A DNA stretch of 63,996 nucleotides, filler included, from Barthelona sp. PAP020 (lineage: Eukaryota), in the NCBI GenBank assembly GCA_040182905.1. It is 3 parts of 3 records of this genome, joined end to end, with 100 filler letters (N's around TTAATTAATTAA, not from the genome) between each part and the next. Parts side by side here need not be neighbours in the genome. Positions count along the whole stretch, not along the records: positions 24,454 to 48,648 come from JARQWU010000158.1; 2 more parts are not named here. The stretch is one strand, 5' to 3'. Shown here one piece after another: positions 31,748-41,624 of this stretch. Numbering within the stretch: the first letter of the stretch is position 1; each line of letters opens with the position of its first letter. The notes under the pieces are model-generated. The model was given only the letters and a program-made list of their open reading frames with translations, made no database searches and was not told the origin of the DNA. The translations under genes were made by a program, and so were the position numbers.

Positions 31748-33901
31748 TTAAATTGGTAAGGATTGTTTGGAATCTGACAAAATAAACAAGACAAAAGTCA
31801 TAATACCAATTAAACCAACAATCAACCATTTCAAATGACTGAAGAAATGAGTGTCAAAGCAAACATTGTTCACGTTATCTGTCAAAGATAATCCTGAAGC
31901 AAAATCAACTTGCATTTGAATATCTAAACATTGACCAAAATTTAAAGTAAAGGCAACAGGGTCAATATACAAATCAAATTTGTCAATTCCATGATGTTTC
32001 TTTTGTAAGGAATGAGTTGTTAATCTATGTCCATTAACAAATATGTTGAAATGATAATGATTGGAATCAGATCCATAAAAGCTTAAATTTTTGTTTTCAA
32101 AATGATTATGCAACAAGAATTGAACATTCAATTCATTGTTAAAAATGAACCCATTAGATTTTGGGGACAAAAACTTCACACCAAAAGTTGTTTCTGGATG
32201 AATATAATTATTGATCGGATTATGATAAGTGTTTAAAGAAGATAATTTAAGATGTGTCCCACCAATTTTTGGGTCCATCAAACTTATTTGCAAATTAATG
32301 GCAAAAACTTTGCCGCTTGCTGTTATACTTACTAAATGTAACTGATTTGAACCAGTAACATCTCCAAAAGCAGGATTAGTCAAGAAAGATTCATCAACTT
32401 CTAAAAAGGACTCACAGCCAAAATTTTCATCTATTAACACAACATTTCCTTGATCTAATAAAGCAGCAAAACCAATTTGCCCTGATTTACTCAAAGTAAT
32501 TGGAATTAATGAAGACATTGATCCATGTTGAAATGAATGTCTTTTTAATATCTTTCCATTGAATCCATTAACAATTAAAGCAACACCTTTTGAAGATATA
32601 ACTGAAATTTTAACAATATTGTCGGAAGAGTATATTGAAGGTGATGAATACAATTCATCTAATTCTTCCAATCTCCATAATTCCTTTAAACCAACCGCCT
32701 TTCTTAAAATTAACTTATTTTTCTCAACAAAAAGAATTTCTGGTTTGCCATCCAAATCAAAGTCAAAAATTAAAGGCTTTGAAACGAGATTCACCTCAAT
32801 TGGATAGCCAACAACAAATCGTGAACTAGCAGTCAAAGCATACATCAATCCTCCATTTGTACAAACAACAATTTCTTTGCGATGATCTCCTGTGATATCA
32901 ACAATTTCAGGTTCAACTGAAATAATGGGTAATCCATTCATTTTTTCAGCCATTTCAGCTGTACTTAAATCCATTGTTCTTGTCCATAACACAACACCCT
33001 TTACAGGATCTAACACGGCTATACCACAAGCAAAATAATTGTTGATGTCAAAATCTTCAAAATCATTTTCAAAATAATAATCAGGTTGAAAATAGTATGA
33101 GATAGGAACAACTAAATATTCATATGTTTGTTCAATATAAAATCTAGCAAGCTTTACTGAAGTTAAAATTTGAGGAGGAATAAAGACTGTTGATTTGGTG
33201 CTTTCAAATTCCAAAGCACCAAACTGCTTTTTAAATCTTATAGATTCAATATTGTCACCTATTTGTACCCCGGAAAATAGTTCCATCCATGTAATTATTG
33301 CCTGCTGAACTATATCACTGGATTCAGTACTAGTTTTTTCGTCCAAACCATCACTTTCTTCAGTGGTCTGTTCTTCATCTTCTGATGAACCTTTTTTTGA
33401 AGAAATATCCCTGGAAGTTATGTCTTTAACAAAATCTTCAAGATTCTTTTCTTGATTGTTTTCCATTACCTTATACCAATCACTTCTAATAGGAAGGGGT
33501 GGTATTCTCATCGTTAAATGTTCCAATAATATTCCTTCATAAGTCACAAAATAAACAATACCATCTTGTGTAACAATAATCATTTCAGGATGTCCGTCTT
33601 GAGTCACATCAAAAAAAACAGGTGCACTATTCAAGTTTGAGGGAAATATAACGGGCCACCCATCCATTACTTGACCAGAAGATCCATCCAATACACTGAC
33701 TTTTTCAGAACTTGAAACAATAATAACTTGAGGACAATTCGTATGAGGTATAAAATGTTCAATTATTGGTGGTATTAAACTAAATGCAACATCAGCTGAC
33801 CAACTTGCATCCAATCTGTTAAATTTTGCACATTGTTTCGAACAATATACACCATATATTGATAGTATCAATATCACAAAAAAGTGTTGCTGTATTTTCA
33901 T
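31748..33901 (-). CDS. DEX1-like (defective in exine formation 1) FG-GAP repeat membrane protein
   Basis: GQVMDGWPV, DVTQDGHPE, VVPISYYFQPDYY, WTRTMDLST, DITGDHRKE, DFDLDGKPE, C-terminal TM. Start MKIQQH at 33901. Confidence 0.75.
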   Translation of the reverse strand: MKIQQHFFVILILSIYGVYCSKQCAKFNRLDASWSADVAFSLIPPIIEHFIPHTNCPQVIIVSSSEKVSVLDGSSGQVMDGWPVIFPSNLNSAPVFFDVTQDGHPEMIIVTQDGIVYFVTYEGILLEHLTMRIPPLPIRSDWYKVMENNQEKNLEDFVKDITSRDISSKKGSSEDEEQTTEESDGLDEKTSTESSDIVQQAIITWMELFSGVQIGDNIESIRFKKQFGALEFESTKSTVFIPPQILTSVKLARFYIEQTYEYLVVPISYYFQPDYYFENDFEDFDINNYFACGIAVLDPVKGVVLWTRTMDLSTAEMAEKMNGLPIISVEPEIVDITGDHRKEIVVCTNGGLMYALTASSRFVVGYPIEVNLVSKPLIFDFDLDGKPEILFVEKNKLILRKAVGLKELWRLEELDELYSSPSIYSSDNIVKISVISSKGVALIVNGFNGKILKRHSFQHGSMSSLIPITLSKSGQIGFAALLDQGNVVLIDENFGCESFLEVDESFLTNPAFGDVTGSNQLHLVSITASGKVFAINLQISLMDPKIGGTHLKLSSLNTYHNPINNYIHPETTFGVKFLSPKSNGFIFNNELNVQFLLHNHFENKNLSFYGSDSNHYHFNIFVNGHRLTTHSLQKKHHGIDKFDLYIDPVAFTLNFGQCLDIQMQVDFASGLSLTDNVNNVCFDTHFFSHLKWLIVGLIGIMTFVLFILSDSKQSLPI

Positions 33902-34222
33902 TCCGATATATATTGTTTCGTTGAAAAAAATCTTCTTCATCACCTTTTCAATTTCGTGCAATTCAATGAAACTTTTCAATTCTTACAAATTATTCTCTTT
34001 TATCACCACATTAATTTCAAGAAATTATCAAAAGAACAAAAATTAACAAGAAAATTATTTACACATTCCAAAAAGTTACGTTATTTGACAAAAAATATTA
34101 TTCAATACAAAAGAATAGTACTTATTTTTTCAATAATTTTATTATTGTGACTAGAAAAAAGAAGAAATGCTTCAGAAAAAAAAAATTGAAAGATAACAAG
34201 GAAACATCAAATGAAAACATCA

Positions 34223-35215
34223 TCAATAAAAGGGTTGTTGTGGTTGTTGAGATTGTTGTTGTGATTGTTGTTGTGATTGTTGCTGAGACTGGTCATGAGG
34301 AGGTCTGTGATAGTAATCTTCTTGTGTATGTGGTTGTTGGTAATAACCTGTATCATAAGGAGCAGGAGGCATCATATATGGTGGTTGCTCAACAGGTGCA
34401 CCATAGTAATATCCAGGATGTGGATAGGCTCCATATGGCATTTGAGGAACACCGTATCCATAATCATAATAACCTTGATGGTATGAATAATCTGGATGAT
34501 AATTCTTTCCATAATATGGCTTGCGGCCAAATTGTCGATTGAAATTTTTTTTTTTTGGTTTTCTTAAACGTGCATATTGTGCTTCAATTGTTACATTTTC
34601 TCCATATTGAACAAATTCATAAGAATTTCCAATTATTTCTTGGGCTTTAGTTGTATCTCTGGTGTCAAAATATTCAACAAAAGCTTGATTTTTTCTCCCA
34701 TTTCTGACTTGTCGAACTTCTCCAAAATCTTCCAAAGCCTCTTGCAATTTTTGTCTGACTTCTGGAACTCGAAAATCGGGAACTTCATTTTCAGAAAGAG
34801 TCTTAAACTTAAAATATAAAGCTAATGTGGATATATCATTTTCAGGAGGACTAAAAGGATCAGAAGCTTCAACATTTAGAGGATATTCAGAACCAAAATT
34901 TTTGGTTCCATTGAAAGCATCAATAACTCGAGCAGCATCTCGGATGTCGTAAAAAGTTACTGTTGCGGTTCCACTTTCCTCAATTCGATCTTCATATGTG
35001 TGGGTTCCTCCCCAAGCCTTACAAGCGGTTAAAAGATCTTTAACGTCTAAATTTTTTGGTAGATTCGTGAATAAGACGGTATGTTTTGAATTTTGATTCA
35101 ATTCAATTGGGTTTTTGTGAGGTTCTGGAAGATCAGTGTTTGGAACTGAAATTGGAAGGTTGGTTTCAATATTTCCGTGGATTTGCTCGTCAATGTTATT
35201 GGATTCAATAGACAT
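34223..35215 (-). CDS. Two-RRM RNA-binding protein (Mei2-like RRM1/RRM2) with Y/P/Q-rich tail
   Basis: VLFTNLP...ATVTFYDIRDA and FGEVRQVR...AFVEYFDTRD; low-complexity C-terminus. Confidence 0.7.
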   Translation of the reverse strand: MSIESNNIDEQIHGNIETNLPISVPNTDLPEPHKNPIELNQNSKHTVLFTNLPKNLDVKDLLTACKAWGGTHTYEDRIEESGTATVTFYDIRDAARVIDAFNGTKNFGSEYPLNVEASDPFSPPENDISTLALYFKFKTLSENEVPDFRVPEVRQKLQEALEDFGEVRQVRNGRKNQAFVEYFDTRDTTKAQEIIGNSYEFVQYGENVTIEAQYARLRKPKKKNFNRQFGRKPYYGKNYHPDYSYHQGYYDYGYGVPQMPYGAYPHPGYYYGAPVEQPPYMMPPAPYDTGYYQQPHTQEDYYHRPPHDQSQQQSQQQSQQQSQQPQQPFY

Positions 35216-35361
35216 TTAACCAGTCTGAACAAGAAAAAAAAAGTTTGTACAAATTTTTCAAAAAAAATTTCACCAATTGAAATCTTTCTCCCTTTGTTTT
35301 ATATTACATGTACCTAAAGTTTCTTTTCAAACTGTTCTAATATGTAGCAAGGAATTCAAAA

Positions 35362-35787
35362 ATGTCTGAAGGAGATGTCACCACTCTTGAACAAGAAGTT
35401 AACAACGTTACTGAAATTAGTTTCGATGAAGCCACCAAAACCGTAATTAATAAGGCTCGTGTCACTGGTCAAGTTGCCATTGGTCACCGTCTTGCCATTA
35501 AGTCCATTGATTGTGGAGAAGGTGTTGTTGTCTTTTTAGCCAACGATTGTGATGTCGATTCTTTAGTTTCTGTTGTTGAAGCTCTTGCAGCTGAAAGAGA
35601 AACACCTGTTGTTAAGGATTATTCTCGCAAGCAATTGGGTGAATTCTTTGGCCTTTGCCGTTATAAAGATGGTCAACCTGTTAAGTTAGTCCCCACCTCT
35701 GTCGCAACTATTGTTGATTTCGGCGATTTCTCCCCTGAATTTGTCGTTTTTGCCAACAAGATTGGTCTCGACTTTGAACAAAACTAA
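35362..35787 (+). CDS. RPS12: 40S ribosomal protein S12 (eS12)
   Basis: L7Ae fold: GHRLAIKSID...FLANDCD...VVEALA...KQLGEFFGLCRY...VDFG; highly-expressed-gene codon bias. Confidence 0.9.
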   Translation: MSEGDVTTLEQEVNNVTEISFDEATKTVINKARVTGQVAIGHRLAIKSIDCGEGVVVFLANDCDVDSLVSVVEALAAERETPVVKDYSRKQLGEFFGLCRYKDGQPVKLVPTSVATIVDFGDFSPEFVVFANKIGLDFEQN

Positions 35788-35912
35788 TTTTGTTGTTAGT
35801 TATTATTTGGAGTGTTTTATATAAAACTCTGGTTTATTTTTTTTTTTTTTGATGATTAGATTCAACATTTTGGTTTGATTGATTTGAAATTTTTTTTTGA
35901 ATACTTTGTGAA

Positions 35913-36947
35913 ATGTTCAGTTCAAAACCGAATTCAAAGGTACAAAAATATCTTAGAGAGGAAGCTATTAAAATTCAGAAAGAATTAGACAGAACAAAAA
36001 CAAGTGAACCGGTTTGGAAAAATAATCCGAATTTTATGCATTTAAAACAAGAACAGGCTGAAAGAAAGAAATTATCTGATCATATTCAAAAACAATTGAA
36101 ACAAACTTCTATTGGTTTTGATAATGATGAAGATGATTTCTCAAACCAACCAATTAATTCTTCGTATCAATCTCATTTTGTTCCCCAAGAAATTAAAAAT
36201 ACAGAAAATGATAAAACGAATAACATGAAGTTAAGAAAACATCATTTTGAATTAGGTGATTATGATGCTAATTATGACACTTTCGTTACTACCCAACAAG
36301 AAGAATTTTTAGTTCCTATGATCGATAATTTTGACACCAATAAGAATATTGCTGATCAACAAAACCACAAAACTTGTATTAAATTTCACGACAATGATGA
36401 ACCTTCTTTTGAAACAACAAGTCAATCTTTTTACAAGAGTAATTCTCCTGTGAATTCCAAAAGAAGTGAATTAAAAACAACAAATAGAATTTTGCAGAAA
36501 TCTCACGTGATTTTAGGAAACGAACCCCAAAGTTTTTCAACTACCTCACAAGAAATTGCCTCATTTACAAAAAGGCCTAGTATTCAGCAACCAACAAAAT
36601 ATAATAGACAATATAAAAGCAATATCATATTAGGTGATGGCAATGAAATTGCTGATTACACAACAACTTCAAATTCTCTAATGAGACCTTTTGATTCTAA
36701 TGAAATGATTCAAAGTCGGTCAGAAATGAAGGAAGATAATTTGTCACAAGAATTACAAAAGTCACACACCTCTTTTTTTGGTAGAAATGCATCTCAATAT
36801 AAAACCACTGCAAATTCTTCATATGTAAAACCTCCAGAAAATGCATATCAAGATAATTTAGTTGTCTTCCGTAAGGGCAAATTCAATGATAGAGAATTAG
36901 AAATGAAACAAAAAGTCTTAAATGCAATGAACAATTATCAAAAATAA
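35913..36947 (+). CDS. Repeat protein resembling SAXO5/TEX45-type axonemal microtubule inner proteins
   Basis: About 6 repeats of K(S/H)xx(I/E)LG...(F/Y)xTTS/Q, e.g. KHHFELGD..FVTTQ, KSHVILG..FSTTS, KSNIILGD..YTTTS. Confidence 0.45.
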   Translation: MFSSKPNSKVQKYLREEAIKIQKELDRTKTSEPVWKNNPNFMHLKQEQAERKKLSDHIQKQLKQTSIGFDNDEDDFSNQPINSSYQSHFVPQEIKNTENDKTNNMKLRKHHFELGDYDANYDTFVTTQQEEFLVPMIDNFDTNKNIADQQNHKTCIKFHDNDEPSFETTSQSFYKSNSPVNSKRSELKTTNRILQKSHVILGNEPQSFSTTSQEIASFTKRPSIQQPTKYNRQYKSNIILGDGNEIADYTTTSNSLMRPFDSNEMIQSRSEMKEDNLSQELQKSHTSFFGRNASQYKTTANSSYVKPPENAYQDNLVVFRKGKFNDRELEMKQKVLNAMNNYQK

Positions 36948-37310
36948 AGAATTATCAGATGATTGCATCTTTTCATTTATACTCAATATTGCAATTGATG
37001 CCTTTCCTTTTTTTAACAGTCAAAATTGTACATCGATTAAATATTTTTGTAAATATTTGCACTTTTTTTAAAAGCATATGATAAATTATTTTTTTTCAAA
37101 AGAAGAAATTGAACGAAAAAGCCCACACACATTGGAGCTTCAAAGACAGAATATTTGGATGCAAAAACATGGCTAAAATTGAAAATTTAAAAAAAATCCA
37201 AAAAAAAAAAAAACGAACAGAAAAATGTTGAAATCATCGTTGTTCATGAAATCTAACCTTGCAATTATGTTTTCCAGGTGTAAAAATTTTTGAGAATTAA
37301 AATGGATGTA

Positions 37311-38561
37311 TCAATTGAAATACGGTTCAAGAAGTTCAACAATTTGAGAATGATCATTAGTTCTCGCAATATCCAATGGTGTCCATCTTTGTCGAAATTT
37401 AAGATTCACATTGGCTCCATAATCTAATAATATTTTAACAATATCAACACTACCATTTTGACTGCAAACATATAATGGAGAAGTGCCATCATCTCTAACC
37501 ACATTGACATCAGCTCCATGATTCAACAACATTTTAACAACATTAAAATGACCACATTGGCAGCTGACAAACAATGGTGATTCACCATTGTTCATACATA
37601 ATGTGATATCAGCCCCATGGTCCAAGATCATTTTAGCAACATCGAGATAACCTTCTTGGCAACTAATATATAATGGAGAAGCACCGTAATTATCACGCAA
37701 ATTCACATCAGCACCGTGATCCAAGAGCATTTTGGCGACATCAAGATGGCCCTTTTCGCAACTAATATACAACGGAGAAGCACCATCATTGATACACAAA
37801 TTAACATTAGCATCATAATCTAAGAGCACTTCCACAACATCAAGATAAGCCCTTTCACAGCTGATAAACAACGGTGATCTCCCACAATTCCTGCACAAAT
37901 TGGCATCAACCCCATGGTCCAAGAGCATTTTGGCAATATCAAGATGGCCCTTTTCACAACTGACATACAATGGAGAAGTACCATTATTATTGCACAAATT
38001 AACATCAGCCCCATGATCCAACAGCATTTTGGCAATATCAAGATGGCCTTTTTCACAACTAATATACAACGGAGAAGCTCTAGTTTTCTTACACAAATTA
38101 ACATCAGATTCATGATTCAAAAGCATTTTAGCAACAGCAAAATGACCTTTTTGACAACTAATGAACAATGGAGAAGCACCATTCTCATTGCACAAATTTA
38201 TAGCTACACCATGGTCCAAGAGCATTTTGACAACATCAATATGACCATTTTCACAACTAACATACAATGGAGAAGTGCCAGAATTCATACATAAATTAAC
38301 ATTAGCGCCGAAATCCAATAAAAACTCAACAATTTCAACACATCCATGAAAAGCAGCTCCCCAAAGTGATGTCCTTCCTTCATTTCCCTGTTTATTCACA
38401 TCAATACCAGCTTTAATACACTGTTTGACAGTCTCTAGATTTCCAGCACATGCAGCATGAAATATCTTCTTTGGTCTGTCATTGTCATCAAATCCATGCA
38501 GATAAAGCCCAGATGGAACAACAATTTGATCCATTTTGTGTTTAACATAAGGGTTAATCAT
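37311..38561 (-). CDS. Ankyrin-repeat protein (about 11-12 repeats)
   Basis: Tandem 33-aa GxSPLYISCExGHLDVAKMLLDHGADVNL repeats, also similar at DNA level (99-bp period). Confidence 0.93.
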   Translation of the reverse strand: MINPYVKHKMDQIVVPSGLYLHGFDDNDRPKKIFHAACAGNLETVKQCIKAGIDVNKQGNEGRTSLWGAAFHGCVEIVEFLLDFGANVNLCMNSGTSPLYVSCENGHIDVVKMLLDHGVAINLCNENGASPLFISCQKGHFAVAKMLLNHESDVNLCKKTRASPLYISCEKGHLDIAKMLLDHGADVNLCNNNGTSPLYVSCEKGHLDIAKMLLDHGVDANLCRNCGRSPLFISCERAYLDVVEVLLDYDANVNLCINDGASPLYISCEKGHLDVAKMLLDHGADVNLRDNYGASPLYISCQEGYLDVAKMILDHGADITLCMNNGESPLFVSCQCGHFNVVKMLLNHGADVNVVRDDGTSPLYVCSQNGSVDIVKILLDYGANVNLKFRQRWTPLDIARTNDHSQIVELLEPYFN

Positions 38562-38869
38562 TTCAAATGATGAAAACGAACAAAATAAAAAAAATTGAAT
38601 TTTTTTTTAAACTTTTACTAATTTTCGTCAGTATTTTTAAGAACAACTAGCAATAAGATTGAAAAATACCGCAGGTAATACAAGGTAAAATGATCAATTA
38701 AACAGGTTTTTGATATTTTCTTTCATTTGTTTGATTTTTTGAATTTAAAGGTATATTTTGAGTTGGAAATTAAGTTAGAAGCAACAGTGAAGTTTTGGAA
38801 TAGTGCTCACATAGTAAATGATTACTTTTTCGAAAATCTACAGCGAATTATTAATTTTTCTTCTTGTAG

Positions 38870-38958
38870 GAACCTTTTCCAGAACTTACCCAAATCAGAG
38901 ATAGGGAATCTCAGTTGATTAATAAATATTAAACCTTAATCTTTATTCTTTTCGGGGG
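38870..38958 (+). repeat. Dispersed ~90-bp repeat, copy 1
   Basis: Aligns without gaps to 43170-43258, 12 mismatches in 89 nt by my count. Confidence 0.85.
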
Positions 38959-38980
38959 GCGCCTTGTAATAGGGGTATCG

Positions 38981-39000
38981 TGTTACAGAGTGGTATCAGC
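38981..39000 (+). mobile_element. Possible LTR 3' end plus tRNA-iMet primer-binding site (TGTTACA-GAG-TGGTATCAGC)
   Basis: Matches the common LTR-retrotransposon junction ...CA-(0-3 nt)-TGGTATCAG; follows the dispersed repeat, which contains AATAAA. No intact gag/pol downstream. Confidence 0.35.
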
Positions 39001-40017
39001 AATGAAAAGAAACATTCTACAAGGGTTGTATAATAATAATTTTTACCCTTATATAGAGTGGGTTCAGCTCTTCACTGGAATTTATTTTTAGGAGACCAAA
39101 AGAAGAATGCTGACAGTAGATTCCTCATTCTCGATCCTGACAATCTCCTTGCGGGTGGGCAACTTCCTAAAGACAACTACGGCATGGGAAACCAGGTGAA
39201 GTGGAGACTCTGTTACCGATCATCAAGCAGCAAACAGACTGTTTTTTAGATTATGAACCCTGGGACTGTTTACCTCAAGGTTTGAACTTAAGAATGTTCC
39301 AGTTTTGATTTTGATTCCTCAATGCCGGATATCATACAAAACCCTCTTTTCATAAAGAAAATAGCAACAATTATTTTTTTAAAAAGAAAGAAAAGACAAG
39401 GAAACAAGTCACACAGGAAAGCTGCAAACAGTGGAAATAGTGTTTCAAAGATATCGAAAGAGTGCATTGTAAGTAACAAACCTGATAGAACATAAAATGA
39501 AGTTGCTAAGCATAGACTTTATGGAAGTGTTCTGTGCAAGTTATGGACACTTGAACATTAAAAACTCCCAATTTCATTGGAGAAATCGATTGGTATTTTG
39601 TTACAAGAAAAAATCAGCAGAGATCTTACACCAAGAGTGATCAAAGCAATAGTAGTAACGGATTCTTCACCTTTAAAAAAGGGATTACGATAAAGACAAG
39701 CAATACCACGAAAATGCAGTCAAAACAGGCAGACTGTTCAAAAAATGTTGCCCTTCTAGAGTTTCAAGCACTAGAAGATGTGTTACAAAATTAAAAAACA
39801 TCATGAGTCATCTTGATCTTCTTTTTAAACCAAACATCAATGTACTCTTTTCAAACACAACAAAAGACACTTCACTCTTGTTCAAGTTCCATGTAAATGT
39901 GCTAGAGATAATGCATTACCAAATGAAAGAATAGTGAACCCTTTACAGAATGAGAAAGTAAAACGTTGGAAATCGCCTTCTGCTGATGAAAAAAAAAATT
40001 AGTGACACAAAAACAAT

Positions 40018-41610
40018 TTACACCACGCATAAAACCATCAGATCCTCAAAGCTACATACTGCTAAATCTGTGGCCAAGACAGAGAATTCCAAAAAAGCAC
40101 TTCTCATTGTTTCAGCGATCGATTGATATTTGAAGATATATATTTTGATGGAAAGGTCAATGAATTCATCGAATTTGTCACGATTAACAGATCTGCGTTT
40201 GAGCTCAAGTGATTTAAAATTGAATTCTACAAGGTCAGTTGAGAAAAATTGGTATACAAAGGGTTTCAATGATGGGAATACCTTAAGACACAGATCACGA
40301 TCAACACCATCAAACATATTCAAAGAGCTAGTGGAAATGAGACCAAATGGGGTTGGTCCAAGAAGACTGATTGGTATTTGGACCAGATGGATGATGCAAT
40401 GAAGAATGAAATAGCTCAATGAACGCAGGGTTGATTCTTCCAAATCATCATCAAGTTTGAATGATCCCCCATTTGTTTCACCCATAAAGTTGAAACTGGT
40501 GGGATTATCAACAAGCCAATCAATGAAAGAGAGCAGAGTCAATGGTTCAGAAAGATCACTGGGTTTGAACATAATGTTCTTAGACACGTTGCCAATGGTA
40601 AAGCAACGTTCAAAGAAGGAGCTAAATTGTTCATCCAAACGTTGCTCAACAATCAACAGTTCACCTACTTCTAGGTTAAAGTTGAAATTCTCAAGAACGT
40701 TCATAATGTGACTTAAACTGCCTTCTTTTGTGGTAAATTTACGCAAATCATAGATTTTTTGTTCAAGTTGCCTCAAACTGACACGTTGTTTGATGTTCGG
40801 AGTGATACATTGAAGAATGATTTCGTAGAGTTCATCAGTTTTATTACCTGCATTTTCAAAGTAGTTTTGTATCGTGATAACGCTTTCTTGCAAAAGAGTT
40901 GGATAAAACATACGAATCAATAATTTACCTAAAGCGAAAATATCCATTGAAAAGTCAACATTTGTACTTACTAATGAGGTTGGATCCATGTAAAGAGCCG
41001 TACCCTGAATCATAGTACCACTGGACATCGTACCTTCGGTTTGATATGCTGTTGCAAAGTCACAGAGAGCCACTCGTGACACCTTGTCCTCATCATCAAC
41101 CCACACCAAAACGTTCTGCGGCTTTGCATCTCTCCAAACAATATCACGATCGTGCAGTTGGTGAAGACCAGTACACACTTGTTCAAATATCCAAAGTAGT
41201 GTGGCTCTATCAGGATTGTACTCGTTAAGATACTGCTCAAGATCCAGAACATCATTTTGGGGATGCACTGAGAATTTTCTGTTCTGAGCAATTATTTCTT
41301 TCATTTTCATTTTCATTTGGCAGATGTTCCTTGGTATTTTTTTATTGTTCTTTTTTTTGAGTTCAAATCCAACAGTTTTCGTTTCCATCACAAGGTCTGT
41401 CAAATTTTGATTGATGATTGGGACATAAAAACAGATTTTTGGATTTCTTTGAAGAAAATGAATTCAACGAGGCCATTCGTCGAGAACTAAGGGTTTTGAC
41501 AAAGAATAGGTCTCCCAATATCGTCACTCTGAACCGCATTGTCTTTGTTGTAGATGAAGATTCAGATATCGTTGCCCTTGCTCTCGAGCTTGAGAAGGCT
41601 CCCATGGATC
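40018..41610 (-). pseudogene. Disrupted atypical protein kinase gene with HECT-like C-terminal region
   Basis: Minus-strand C-lobe (WRDAKPQN, DFA, GTALYMDP, DIFALG) then HECT-like VNRDKFDEFIDL...TMRSAFLEF...SFEDLMVLC. The N-lobe (AIRRELRVL...PNIVTL...LELEKAPMD) lies inverted on the plus strand at 41418-41610. Confidence 0.7.
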
Positions 41611-41624
41611 ATTTTTCCAATTAA

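Noticed and set aside
41250..41403. N-terminal ~50 aa of ORF 40018-41403 (MTDLVMETK...MKMKMKE)
   Set aside because: Fortuitous antisense read-through of the inverted segment; not the real kinase N-lobe.
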